57,398 nucleotides of DNA from Prorocentrum cordatum (Eukaryota). The stretch lies in NCBI GenBank assembly GCA_963575745.1, contig CAUYUJ010000031.1:62001-119398 (forward strand). The letters are read 5' to 3'. The translations under genes and the position numbers were made by a program. Within the stretch, counting starts at the first letter, position 1; the number at the start of each line of letters is the position of its first letter. The notes beneath the pieces are model-generated. The model was not told the origin of the DNA. It made no database searches and saw only the letters and a program-made list of their open reading frames with translations. Positions 11,661 to 25,127 of the stretch are shown here, one piece after another.

Positions 11661-13023
11661 CCCCTGCTGCAGGGTCTACCCCTACCCTCGTCCCCCGTCC
11701 CTCTCCCGATCCATACATCCTTCTCACGCCCCCCCCCTCGCCCGCCGCAGAAACGCAAGAGAACAAGAGCAAGGAGCGGCGTTTGGGTCGACCCCCCCCT
11801 GCGCGGAGGCGCCGCGGCGCGAGCGGCCGCCAGGCTTCGCTGAAGGTGGAGCCCACAGCGCCTCGGAGAGCGACAGCGAAACGAAACACAACGAGACGAA
11901 CGCGAGCACGAAACGAACAATCAGGCGGGGGGAAAGCAACAACACGCCGACACAATGAACCGTCGCTCCCCAGGAAACTGTGGGAACACGAGCACGAAAC
12001 GAACAACAATCAGGCGGGGGGAAAACAAACACACAGGCACAATGTATCGTCGATCCCCCAGAAGATATGAGAACATATGCGAAGTGAAAGGGGAAGACGA
12101 GCATCCAGAAGAAATATTGGGACTCTTTGGAGCTGTGTGTATTTATTTGTGTGGCCCTGGGCCCCTTCCAGACGACGAAAGCGACACGAACGCGCAACCA
12201 AATCAGGAGGGAAACAAACACAGACACAATTCATCGTCGATTCCCAGGACACTACGGAAACATATGGGAAGTGGGGGGAAGACAAAAACACAGAAAAAAT
12301 GAGAAAATATGGGGAATCCTTTGATTTGTGTGTATTTATTTGTGTGCCCTGGGGCCCCTTCGCCAAAAGAGCTCGGAGCGCCGGTTTGGCCGACCCCGTC
12401 GCGAGCGGAGCGCGGCCGCGGCCGCGTGCGGGCCGCCAGGCCGCGGAGGTGGAGCGGCAGCGCTCCGAGCTGCAGGCGGAGGCGGAGAGGGCTCACCGCG
12501 CCCGCGCCCGCGCCGCGCCCGCGCCGCGCCGCGGCCGACCGCGGGCAGCGACAGATGGCAAACATGGATTACAATCGGGGTCCTGAAGAAGGAGCCCTTC
12601 TCGTTGGGGAGGGGCTCCGCGTTCCTGAAGCGTTTCGCAGCTTGCCTCGGGCATTCCTCATGTTTTCGACCGGAGATCGAAGGTTAACTTATGGAGAAAA
12701 GGGGCCTCGTTCCTTATTTAAGGTTCCTTAGGTCAGCGCCCCGACTGTAAGTGAGCGTGGGTTAGCGACGGGTCCCGTTCTCATGAGAAACCGCGGATTT
12801 CCGCCGCCGAGCGAGGCGGCACGGGCCGCATTTTGGGGAGGGCACCTCCCCCGATCCAAGGATCTGGTGGCCGCGCGCCAAGTCCATGGATCGCGAATCC
12901 ATGTTTGCGCAGGCCTCCGAGATAGGGGGGGGCTTCGTGTGCCCCAGGAACGGCAGGACCTTTTTTGCACCGTGTCCGAAAAAGTGTCTCTAGAGAATGG
13001 GAGCGGGCAAAAGCTCACCACCC

Positions 13024-13174
13024 ACCAAACCACCCCAACCCAACCCGAAGGCCTCAATTTGCCCTCCATTTCCAGTTGGGGGGGGTCGGGGAACACTGAC
13101 AAAAACACATATGGAACCCGTACCCCCCCCCAACCCGAACTTGGGGTCTTCGGGTTGGGTTGGGGTGGTCTGGT
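13024..13174. mobile_element. ~150-bp MITE-like foldback with a perfect 22-bp inverted repeat
   Basis: ACCACCCCAACCCAACCCGAAG (13029-13050) / CTTCGGGTTGGGTTGGGGTGGT (13148-13169), plus an inner G-run/C-run inverted repeat. Confidence 0.6.
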
Positions 13175-14212
13175 AGGTAGTCAAAAGCGGCGACCGGAAA
13201 CTGCAAAAAGACGGCTCGATGATTGGAACCGGAGCCAGAACCGGTAGCAAAAACGGCGACGGAACCGGTAACAGGAACGGCGTCGGAACCGGCAGCAAAG
13301 ACGGCAAAACGGAACCGATAAAAAATAGCCCTGTCGTTTCCAGTGGCCCAGTAAGGGGGGGGGGATACGCATACACGCCAGTCGTTGAAAGTAGGTATTT
13401 AGGGAGATCTTGGTCCCAATCTATTTTATGCGCGCCTTCCTGCCTCAAGAGTCGAGCGGTTGTCCCTCTTGCCTCCTCTTCAGGGCGCGGGCGGACGCCC
13501 AATCTACTTCATCGCCTTCCTACTCCATGGGCCCACTTCTTCCGAGTGGCGTGTAGGGCATTGTCAGGCATTTTCTGTTTTTTGTCGGCTATCTCTTACT
13601 CATTGTTTTGCCGATCGGCGCGGGCCGTCGCAGCCCCCCCCCTGGGGACAGGCATACAGAGGAAACCCATGCCGAGAAACATCCTGCTGGCCTCCACGGT
13701 TTTTTCGTTTCTTGGGTTTCAATGGTTCTGCGGTGGAAAGCGTGACGTTCCCACGCTGGAAATCACTGGACGCCCTGGGGTTTCAGGGTTGGGTTTCTTG
13801 TGGAAGGTTTCTTGTGATCGAGCCCCTACTGTAGGGCATTTTCGGGCACGTTCTTGGAGTAGATCTAGGCTGTTTTGGGCGCCTGTTTCGATCGGGTGGA
13901 GTTCCCCCCGTAGAATGCACTGTTGCAAACAGTCGCGCTAAGCAGAGGTGCAGAGCCGGACCCGGAGCCAGACCCCCCCCTCCCCCCCCGCCTTCCGCTC
14001 AATGTCGAAACGCCGAATGAGAAAACGTTAATAATTTGGGACATTTTTGGTTTCCAGGGGCCCTCAGCTGGCTCCAGGACAGAAGCAAGAACGACGTAGG
14101 ATGGAAAGCCGGCCCCGAGGAGGTTGTCCGGACCTCAGCGGTCCACGCATCGACAAACATTGGAGCGCCGGATGTCTTGGGAGGTAACAGGTTTTCGAAC
14201 ATTTTCGAGGTT

Positions 14213-14347
14213 AGAGGTTTTCGGTTTTGTTCGATGGTTCTCGAAGTCTTTGCAGCTTCGACATGCCCTCCAGCAGCTGCGACTCGCCGAGGGCGTTCTG
14301 GAGGTGCCCCGATCGCCCCGAACGGCCGCCAGAGGGCCGAGTTATGG
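14213..14347 (+). repeat. Dispersed repeat, second copy at ~41170-41303
   Basis: Shared CTCGCCGAGGGCGTTC.GG.GGTGCCC.GATCGCCCCGAACG.CCGCC.GAG.GCCGAGTTATGG. Confidence 0.85.
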
Positions 14348-14879
14348 CCCGAAGACCACCAGGGGCACTTGAGGGGGGACCGCATCGACCCCCCGATCGC
14401 CCATTCATCGCTGCTAGGAGCCCAGTAGCACCAGCCTGCCCAGGAACGTGCGGACTTGCTATCGGGGGCCTACCGCCGTTCTATCGGCGATGTGTCGCCG
14501 ATTCCAGGCCGATGTTCCCGTCCCTATGCCAGTCCTCCTTATCGTTCGGTAGGAAGTCATGGGAGTCTTGCATTCCCTCTGAATTCCGTCTTTAGCGTCG
14601 ATTCGTACAGGTGGACAAGATGCTATGGGAGGCTCACAGGAGTTGCCAACGAATTCCCCCCCTGCAGTGGAGGCCACTCCACAAGAAACCTTCCACAAGA
14701 GACCCAACAACCCTGAGACCCCGGGACGCACGTTGATATTTTTGATGTGGGAACTTCACGCCTTCGACAGCAAAACCATCGAAGCCCAAGAAACCCAGGG
14801 CTTTCCTTTGGGTTTTACCGGGTGTTTTTTGGCATGGGCCCCCACTGTAGAGGCCTCCATGATGGGGTCGGAGTACATG

Positions 14880-15035
14880 GGGTCGGGGGATCGCGCAGCA
14901 TTGGCGATTCATCGGCGATGCACCAGCGACGTCGGCGATGCATCGGCGCAGCCGGCGTGGAGGAGATCAGGCTCCACATCGAGCCGCCTTGCCGATGCAT
15001 CGGCGATGCGGCGCGGACCTCCGACCCCATCTGCT
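14880..15035. repeat. CATCGGCGATG-rich palindromic repeat family (inverted copy ~23860-24045; related pieces ~6465-6590 and 41705-41730)
   Basis: Recurrent CATCGCCGATGCATCGGCGATG and CCACATCGAGCCGC motifs. Confidence 0.75.
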
Positions 15036-16014
15036 CGGACCCCCCGGCCTCAGGGCACCCTGGAGGCGAGCAGGGTGTTTATTGGCATGGGCCTCCACTG
15101 TTCGGGGGAGCGCAAGACCCGGGTTTGCCAGGACTCGGGTTCGCCATCGATTTTTGACGACCGCGACTCGGATCTTGACGAGTAGGAGCTTCGTGGGACG
15201 TCTGCAGCGGGAGGCCTCGTCAAAATGCAGGCTCGGCCTCGTCATTTTTTTGACGACCTCGTCGGGGATTTCCGCTACAGTAAAGTAGCCTCCACTGTAC
15301 GTATGCCGGTCCCCTTCTCACGGTTGCCCCTCGGCCGAGAGCGCCGCGCCCTGCCCGACTGCCCTCGCGGGGGTTGGGCGCGCCGGCCTGGCACGGCAGT
15401 CTCGCGTCGTCCTCGCAGTGTGTGTGTGTGTGTGTGTGTGTTTGTTTCTCTCGGCGGCGCGCAGAAGGGGATCCAGGGCTCGTTGCGATTCCCCCGATTC
15501 GATTCGATCCGATTTCGATGGATTCCGATTCCGATTCGATTGGACCTGGGATTCCGATTTGGGTTCCGATCTTTCAAGGGACGCATACTGGCCTGCCGAT
15601 TTCCGCCGATGCGACTTTTCCCGACTCGGCTGCCGATTTCCGCCCATACGATTCGTGTCGATTGCCGATCCGACTTGTCGATTCGATTTTGGGCTCTCCT
15701 GAGAGGGGGGTAGGGCAAGCTTTGTGCGCAAGCGCCTTGTCTGACGTCCTACCCCTTCCTCCCATCCCTTACCATCCCTTGCCATGTCGTAGATCTCCTC
15801 TCCATTCGCGCAGTCGGATGTCCTAGCATGGCGTAGCATTAGATGGCATAACTTGGCGTTGAAGATCAACGCGTAGCATGCCATGGCATGGCGTGGCATT
15901 GCGTAGTCAAGCACTGCACATCATATCATATTGCAGCTTAAGGAATGGTATCGCACAGCGGAACATACCATAAACCATAGCTTTGCATTGCATACCATGG
16001 CATGGTATCGGAAA

Positions 16015-16200
16015 TGAGGCCAGCCCTGCAGCGGGAGCACGATTCGGAACGAGCAGAAGCGCGAAAGTGAGGCCAGCGCTGCCGCGGGAACACGATTCGG
16101 AACGAGCAGAAGCGGACATGAGGCCAGCGCTGCAGCGGGAGTACAATTATGAACGATCGGAAGCCCGAACATGAGGCCAGCGTTGTAGCGGGAGCAGCAT
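16015..16200 (+). repeat. ~52-bp tandem repeat, about 3.5 copies
   Basis: TGAGGCCAGCGCTGCAGCGGGA.CACGATTCGGAACGAGCAGAAGCG recurs near 16015, 16068, 16119 and 16172. Confidence 0.85.
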
Positions 16201-16340
16201 ATCCAAGGACCATAACGAAAAGGATGTGTAAAAAAACACATATCAGACCAATTGGCCGGAATCTTGTGTGTAAATTCAATACGCGGAGGGGGGACGAACA
16301 TTTTCCAGACAGAGTCAGGGGAGAGAGGAGAGTAGTATTC

Positions 16341-16942
16341 ATCAGAGTGAGGCAGCCGAACGGTCATTCATTGTCCCTGTGTGTTTGGCTGAAGTGAGAA
16401 TCCGTGGTGAAGATTCTGCTTGTTGCGTTGTTGTTGTTGTTGTTGCTGCTGCTGCTGCTGCTGTTTGTTGTCGTCGTCCCCCCCGCGGCCCACCCGCGAC
16501 CCACCCCGCGATCCACCCCGCGACCCATCTCGAGACCCACCCCGCGACCCACCCCGCGACCCACCCGCGACCCAATTCGCGACCCACCCGCGACCCACCC
16601 CGCGACCCATCCGCGACCCACCCGCGACCCACCCGCGACCCACCCCGCGACCCACCCGCGACCCACTCCGCGGCCCATCCGCGACCCACCCGCGACCCAC
16701 CCGCGACCCAATTCGCGACCCACCCGCGACCCACCCGCGACTTACCCGCGACCCACCCCGCGACCCACCCGCGACCCACCCGCGACCGATCCACATTGGT
16801 TTGAAGAGGAAATCGGTGCTTGCGGCGGGCTCGTTGTATAATTTGTGAAACTTTGGCGCCTGCGGCGGGCTTCTCCAGAGTCTCGCAGACTGCCGACGGC
16901 CCCACCGCCCCCTCACTCTTATCCGCATCTGCGGGGTGCTAC
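16341..16942 (+). mobile_element. Non-autonomous Helentron/HINE-like element, copy 2 (internally deleted)
   Basis: 5' ATCAGAGTGAGG..CGAACGGTCATTCATTGTCCCTG; (CCACCCGCGAC)n at 16490-16787; 3' CCTCACTCT (16911-16919), hairpin CCGCA-TC-TGCGG, then GGTGCTAC. Confidence 0.6.
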
Positions 16943-17675
16943 TGTATTGTGTAATTGTGGAGGGAGAAGCTTTCTCGAAGCACCCCTGCTTCTTAGAAAG
17001 CGTGGGCCTTGTCTTTCGTAGATGCTCGTTTGGAGGAACTTCCTGAGTCCCACCTAGCGGATCTGTTCGACTCCTAGTTCGACCCAAGCTCGACTCAAGG
17101 TCGATTCAAGTTCAATTCAAGTTAGACTCAAGTTAAAGTCAGGTTCGAGTCAGGTTCGACTCGGGACCGTCAAACCACAAAAAGAAACATAACATTTGCT
17201 CTATGTAAGTGGTCTAGACCTTCGTGGGTCCACTCGTCGAGCACATTGTAGAGCCCAAAGTCTGGGTTCCGGAACTCCTGGACCTTACCTTCAGCCAATC
17301 GTATCCTGACGTGGTTCTTGTTTGGTCAGCTTTCGGATGCAGGTCCTGGAAGCAGCGGCCCGTATAATCTGGCAGATCCGTGGTCGAAAATTGGCCGAAT
17401 CTGGCACGCTCCCGTTCAATACGACTTCAGCCCGCCCAGTCGGGCTCAATCCCTTGCGTTGTGGCTTTCTAACCCAAGGCTCGTTCCGTCGGGCCGTTTG
17501 GCCGCGTGGCCTTACGAAATGAGGTGCTTCGCTGCTGCCCCGCGCGGAGAACGTGGCCTTGCGACCGCGCATCCGTGGGGCTGCGCCCCGGAATCCAGAC
17601 CGCGAGAGCGTGGACACGGGCACGTTCGCCGCTCGTGACGGACTTGGTTGCCCCCTGGAAAGTTTAGGAGGCCAA

Positions 17676-18689
17676 ACACACACAAACACACAAACACACG
17701 CACGCGCACGCGCACACGCACACGCACGCGCACGCGCACACGCACACGCACGCGCACACGCACGCGCACACGCACGCGCACACGCACACGCACACGAACG
17801 CGCACACGCACACGCACACTCACGCGCACACGCACACGCACGCGCACGCGCACACGCACACGCACACGCACACGCACACGCACGCGCACGCGCACACGCA
17901 CACGCACACGCGCACGCACACGCACGCGCACGCGCACACGCACACGCACACGCACGCGCACACGCACGCGCACGCGCACACGCACGCGCACACACGCACA
18001 CGCGCACGCGCACGCACACGCACACGCACACGCACACGCACACGCACGCGCACGCGCACGCGCACACACGCACACGCACAGACGCACACGCACACGCGCA
18101 CACGCACGCGCACACGCACACGCACGCGCACACGCACACGCACGCACACGCGCACACGCACACGCACACGCACACGCACACGCACACGCACACGCACACG
18201 AAGACGCACACGCACACGCACACGCACACGCACGCGCACGCGCACGCGCACGCGCACACGCACACCGCACGTGCACGCGCACGCGCACACACATGCGCAC
18301 ACGCACGCGCACGCGCACACGCACGCGCTCGCGCACGCGCCCGCGCCCGCGCACGCGCCCGCGCCCGCGCACACGCCCGCGCCCGCGCACGCGTTCGCGC
18401 ACGCGCACGCGCACGCTCGCGCACACGTGCGCACACGCACACGCACACGCGCGCACACGCGCGTACACTCGCGCACACGCGCGCACACGCGCGCACACGC
18501 GCACACGCGCGCGCACACGCGCGCACACGCGCACACACGCACGCACACGCGCGCCCACGCGCGCACACGCGCGCACACGCGCACACGCGCGCACACACGC
18601 GTACACGCGCACACACACGCACACACGCGCACACACGCACACACACACGCACACACACGGCACACACACACAAAACACACACACACACA

Positions 18690-18730
<41 letters not shown>

Positions 18731-19215
18731 CACGCACACACACACACGCTCGCACACACGCGCATGCACGCACGCACACGACGCACACGCACGCGCACAC
18801 ACACACGCACACGCACGCACACACACACGCACACACACGCCACACACACGCACACACACACACACGCACACACGCGCACACACACACACACGCACACACA
18901 CACACACACACGCACACACACACACACACAACACTCACGCACACACACGCACACACACACACGCACGCACGCACATTCACGCACACACACGCACACACAC
19001 GCACACACACGCGCACACACGCACACACACACACACGCACACACATGCACACACGCGCAAACACACGCACACACGCACACACACGCACACACACACAAAC
19101 GCACTCACACGCACGCACTCACACGCATACGGACGCACGCACACGCGCACACGCACACACACACGCACACACACGCACACAGGCGGCACGCACACGCACA
19201 CGCACACACACACGC
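17676..19215. repeat. Compound (CACG/CA/CACACG)n microsatellite, left block
   Basis: Directly visible; near-continuous purine-pyrimidine alternation. Confidence 0.97.
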
Positions 19216-19236
19216 CCGTAGCCATTTTGGCTCAAG
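19216..19236 (+). other. Genomic relic of the dinoflagellate spliced leader (21-nt core)
   Basis: Exact CCGTAGCCATTTTGGCTCAAG. The DinoSL consensus is DCCGTAGCCATTTTGGCTCAAG. No GT donor follows, so this is not an SL RNA gene. Confidence 0.95.
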
Positions 19237-20970
19237 CCTGCCTTGGGCGCCAGACAGGAGGCGTGTGTGCGTCTCTCTCAAGCCCCGTCATCTCGGCGGG
19301 CGCAGAGAGCGGCTCTCCCATCCCCCTGCCTCCGTGTCGCGGCCCCTGCGATGGAGGCGGCGTGCGACGACAGCAAGATTGGGCTCGGGGGGCTGCCCGA
19401 TGCTTGGCGGCCCGGCATGCGCCGCGCCCAGGAAGAGATCTCCTTGGGCCCGACGGCGGTGCGGTGAGCGGCCCGCCGCGGGCGTCAGCAGGCCTGTGAG
19501 GCCGCGCTGCGCGGTCTGGTGGCGGAGGCCGCCCTGCCTGGGTCGTGGCAGGGCCGTGAGCGGGCCGCCAGGCCCGCCGCGCGGCTGGCAGCGCCAGGCG
19601 TCGCAGAAATGCGGCCTGGCATGCTGCCGTGGCGCCAGCGGCAGGCTTTGCCCACGCCTGCGACGCCGCCATCTCGGCGGCGGCGAGCGGCCCCAGGCAG
19701 GGGGCCCCTGCCACATCCACCCCTCCGACAGCGCCGCGGCAGGTGGCGGCCACTGCGCCCGCCTAGCTGCGGAAGGAGGCGCCGCGATGGCCCGCGGGCT
19801 GGCTGGCGCAGGACAGCGCGGGGAAGGGGCAGGGCGAGGGCGACGAAGAGGATGAGGGCATAAAGGAGGCTTTCGAGTCGACAGACAAGGACTCCGCGCT
19901 CGCGGACCCCGTCCTAGTGAAGGAGGAGGCCTTTCGGCAGGGAGGCGAACGCGTTCGAGGAGCAGAGCTCCCGCGTGGCGGTGGCGATGGCGCCCTCGAG
20001 GACGAGGCGCGCGCCCCCAAAGGGGGGATGGGCGACGTCGAAGAGAGCGTCGACGAGACGGAGGGCGACCTCATGCCTGCCGCCTGGACCGCCATGGTGG
20101 CCGCTAGGGCGCCGAGGCGGGGATCGGCCCAGCCCTTCGCGCGGCGCCGTGCGGAGCTGGTCGAAGAGGCCATGGCGATCGCGCAGCGGATTCGCGCGCT
20201 CTTCTACGCCTGGTGGGAGGTCTGGCCGCGCGTCCGCGACGACGTGTGCCCGGCCGTGCCGTAAGCGCAGTGCGGCTTCGGCGACGACCTCGACGGCTCC
20301 TTCGGCGTGGGCGGGATGCAGCGGCCCTTCGAGCCGTTGGGCGCGCGCCCGCCGCCGCCGCTGCCGCCGCCTCCCCCCTCCGGCTTCGCCCGTGGCAGTG
20401 GCCGCCGCGAGTTCACGGCGGCCGAGTGGCAGGTGTTGAACGAGCTGGAGGAGAGCTCCCGCAGGGTGCTCCGCGGAAACAACAAGTACGATGACACATG
20501 GAGATAGCAGCAGAGTGCCAGCTGCGTGGATGGCCTCATGGTCGTCTGGACAGCAAGAGTGCCAGCTGCGCGGATGGCCTCGCAATCGATTGTCTGAGCC
20601 TTGCCTGCGGTCGCCGTCGCTGTTAGCAGTCGGCGCCGTGTTAGGAGTCGTGCTGCGCTCCTAAGGGGCTGTGCAAGGTTCTGGTTATGCCCCCCCCTCG
20701 GGGCCAGGGGCTGAAGGGGCCCGCCCGTGGGGCCCGGGGCTGGATGGGGCCGCGGAAGGCGTTCGATCCTTGCCTCGGGGCGCGGGGGGGGTGCAGCCTC
20801 AGCGCGGCAGCTCGGTGGAGGCAGGCTGCGCCTCCGAGTCGGCTCGGCAGGCGGCCGTTCGAGAGCCTTGTAGAGGCTCGGCAGGCGGCGAGCTCGAGAG
20901 CCCCGCGCAGGCCGCGGCTGCGGCGAGGCGCGGACTCCCCGCAGCGACAGGGCACCGAAAGCACCGGAAA
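19216..20970 (+). pseudogene. Decayed SL-headed retroposed insert of unknown product
   Basis: Begins with the SL. Contains broken protein-like frames (ATG 19351 MEAACDDSK...; 19917-20507 with an in-frame TAA at 20262-20264). Ends at GGAAA, after which the CA microsatellite resumes. Confidence 0.6.
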
Positions 20971-22840
20971 CACACGCACACATGCACACACACACGCGCA
21001 CACACACACGCACGCACAAACGCACACACACGCACGCGCACACGCGCGCGCGCACGCGCACGCACACGCACGCGCACGCGCGCACGCGCGCACGCGCGCA
21101 CGCGCGCGCACGCGCACGCGCACACGCACGCGCGCACGCACACGCACACGCGCACGCACACGCACACGCACACGCACGCGCACGCGCGCACGCACACGCA
21201 CACGCACGCGCACGCGCATACGCGCACGCACAAGCACACGCACAAGCACACGCACACGCACACGCACACGCACACGCGCACGCACGCGCGCGCGCACGCG
21301 CGCACGCACACGCACACGCACACGCACACGCACACGCACACGCACACGCACACGCACACGCACACGCACACGCACACGCACACGCACACGCACACGCACA
21401 CGCACACGCACACGCACACGCACACGCACACGCACACGCACACGCACACGCACACGCACACGCACACGCACACGCACACGCACACGCACACGCACACGCA
21501 CACGCACACGCACACGCACACGCACACGCACACGCACACGCACACGCACACGCACACGCACACGCACACGCACACGCACACGCACACGACGCACACGCAC
21601 ACGCACACGCACACGCACGCCCACGCACACGCACACGCACACGCACAGGCACACGCGCACGCACGCGCACGCGCACGCGCACGCGCACGCGCACTCACGC
21701 ACGCACGCGCATCGCACGCGCACGCGCACGCGCACGCGCACGCGCACGCGCACGCGCACGCGCACGCGCACGCGCACGCGCACGCGCACGCGCACGCGCA
21801 CGCGCACGCGCACGCGCACGCGCACGCGCACGCGCACGCGCACGCGCACGCGCTCGCGCACGCGCACGCGCACGCGCACACGCACACGCACACGCACACG
21901 CACACGCACACGCACACGCACACGCACACGCACACGCACACGCACACGCACACGCACACGCACACGCACACGCACACGCACAAGCACACGCACACGCACA
22001 CGCACACGCACACGCACACGCACACGCACACGCACACGCACGCGCACGCGCACGCGCACGCGCACGCGCACGCGCACGCGCACGCACGCGCACGCACACG
22101 CACACGCACACGCACACGGGCACGCGCACGCACACACGCACACGCGCACGCACGCGCGCACCCCACCGCACATGCACACGCACACGCGCACGCAAGCGCA
22201 CTCGCACGCACACGCGCACGCGCACGCGTACGCGCACGCACACGCGCACGCGCACGCACACGCACGTTCACGCGCACGGGCACGCGCACACGCGCACCCA
22301 CACGCACACGCACACGCACACGCACACGCACACGCACACGCACACGCACACGCACACGCACACGCACACGCACGCGCACGCGCACGCGCACGCGCACGCG
22401 CACGCGCACGCGCACGCGCACGCGCACGCGCACGCGCACCCGCACCCGCACACGCGCACACGCGCACACGCGCACACGAGCACACGCGCACACGCGCACA
22501 CGCGCACACGCGCACACGCGCACACACGCACACGCGCACACGCGCACACGCACGCGCACACGCACACGCACACGCACACGCGCATGCGCACGCGCACGCG
22601 CACGCGCACGCGCACGCGCACGCGCACGCGCACGCGCACGCGCACACGCACACGCGCACGCGCACTCGCGCACGCGCACGCGCACGCGCACGCACACGCA
22701 CACGCACACGCGCACGCGCACGCGCACGCACACGCACACGCACACGCACACGCACACGCACACGCACACGCACACGCACGCGCTGACGCTCACGCCCACG
22801 CTCACGCACACACGCAATCCCACGCACACACACACACACC
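20971..22840. repeat. Compound (CACACG)n/(CACGCG)n microsatellite, right block
   Basis: Directly visible, including a pure (CACACG)n stretch at about 21305-21588. Confidence 0.97.
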
Positions 22841-25127
22841 GACAATGAATCGTCGACCCCCCGGAAACAGCAAAGACTGGAACTTGTGCGAAGAAGTGGG
22901 AAGGAAGACGAATGTCCAGAAGCCATGAGAGAAGTCAATGGGGAACTTTGGGACCTGTGCGTGCTTATTTGTGTGCCCCTGGGCCCCTTCAACAGTTGCC
23001 TCCGTCCTGCCAGGCGGAGATCGACCCGCGGCCTCCTCGTCTCCCCCGCGCAATCCTGTACACTGTATCCTGGGGTGTGGGTCTGGTGTACTGGTACTGT
23101 ATACTGCAATCCTTAGGTGCCCGTGCGATCTCGCTATTTCAGTTGCATCGCTAGCCGCAGCGCCACCGTAACTCGACAGGCTAGTTGCCTCAACGAGCAG
23201 ACAATCCAAATCCCCCGCGCAGGCCCGAGCTCTGACGGCCCCGGGGTCCGCAGGCGGGCCCCGCGCAGGCCTCGGGCGACGACGAGCCGAGCGCGACGCA
23301 GGCTGACAGTGAGCAGTGGGAAACCGACCCCGGCCCCCACAGCTGTTGATCTATATGTCCTCCTCCTCCTCCATTCTCCTCCCTCCTCCTCCTCCTCCTC
23401 CTCCTCCTCCTCCTCCTCCTACCCCAGCCCCCACAGCTCTTGATCTTAGATGTCAGCGATGCGCAATTCTGGCGAGTGTGTGCGTAAGTGTAGGCGCCCC
23501 GTAGGCGAGGCCATTGCCGTCTCCTTGGCCCAAAGTTCCTCATGTGGTGGTCGGGGGTCGCTCTTCATGCGTTCCGACCAGACGACGGCGCAAGGCGCAG
23601 TACATTTAGCCAGGGCAGCGCAGTTCGATCGCAAATCATGCATGGCGGCCTTGGGTGTCCTCGTGCTTCCGTCGTTCGAGTGCGCCAGCGTGTTCCAGCG
23701 TCTGGTTATCGATGATAAGACGCCGATGGTGCGTCGATGTGGCGTCAGTGTGATGGAGGTTTGCGTCGATTAGCGTCAACCCGCGTCGGTTCACAAGAGC
23801 CACCAAGATGGTTCCGGAGGCCCGCACGAGTCTCTAGGCCTCTTAGATGGGGGCGGACTAGATGGGGAAGGAGGACCGCGCCGCATCGCCGATGCATCGG
23901 CGATGCGGCTCGATGTGGAACCCGATTTTTTCCACGCCGATGGCGCCGATGCTTCGTCGACGTCGCCGATGCATCGCCGCCGGTGCATCGGCGAGGTATC
24001 GCTGATGCATCGCTAATGCGGCGCGATCTTCCAACCCCATCTACTTGGACCCCATCTGGGAGGCCACCACGAGCTGCCACCGAAGTATTCTGGCGTCGCT
24101 CTCTTCCCATGCCAGCCGAAGAGAGGTCGATCGCCAGGGACTCCCCGCCTCCCCCGCGTTGAGGCTCGCGAGCAGAGGCTGGAGAGCGGGCAGCTCTGGC
24201 TGGAGGAGGCTCTCGGGGCGCCCCTCCCCCGTCTCTGCCGGCCTGGGGGCCGTAGGTCAGAGGATCGAGCAGTTGCGAAGCGTTTTGGCTTGCCTGTAGG
24301 CCCACCCAAAAACGTTATAATATTCTCTTGTGGTCTGCACGAAATCTTCTTAGAACATTTCTGGCCGATATTGTTTTGTGATGGTACATCGTGCTTATGC
24401 TCTAAGAACATTGTTTTTGTTCTTAGAACATTTTGGGGTTGCTGGGACAGTCGGTCCATGCTTGGACGGTCGGTCCCTGCTCAAAAAAGGTACCCATGCC
24501 TCTACCCGTCCCCCTTTTTCCCTTTTTTTGGGCCGTCTCGGAGGCCCTCGTCGCCACCGTTAGATACTCTTCGAGATTCTGGTCAGAACGCACCCTGGGA
24601 CGGGTCCGGGGAGTAATGGTATCGTTACCTCCTGGTCTCCCCAGAAGGGGGTACCGCGTGGGGGCCCCAAATCGGTACGATCAAGATGAGTACAGGAAGA
24701 ATGAGCACGAATACCGACAGCACTTCCTGCCCATTCTGATCAGCACTCGCTGCCGGTGTCGCCGCGGACTCGTCCATCCGAAGCAGAGGGCTGGCTGCCC
24801 CACAGCGGCCGCTGTCGGTTTTGGACAACATTTGGCGTTGGGCATCGTACTCATTCTTAGGTCCGTACAGTGGGGGCCCATGCCAAGAACCACCCTGCTT
24901 GCCTCCAGGGTGCCCTGGTTTTCTTGGGTTTCGAGGGTTTTGCGGTGGAAAGCGTGACGTTCCAACACCGAAAATCAACGGACGTCCTGGGATCTCAGGG
25001 TTGGATTTCTTGTGGAAGGTTTCTTGTGGACTGGCAACCACTGTGCTCATTCTTGGGTCCGTACCCTTTTCTGGTGTCCATTCCAATGCCGTGTGGTGAC
25101 GGACTGCGCGGGGACCTCGAAGTTCCT

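Noticed and set aside
17291..23109. Very long ORFs (up to 822 aa) in all six frames
   Set aside because: They are stop-free translations of CA/CG microsatellites (HT, RA, CV dipeptide runs), not genes.
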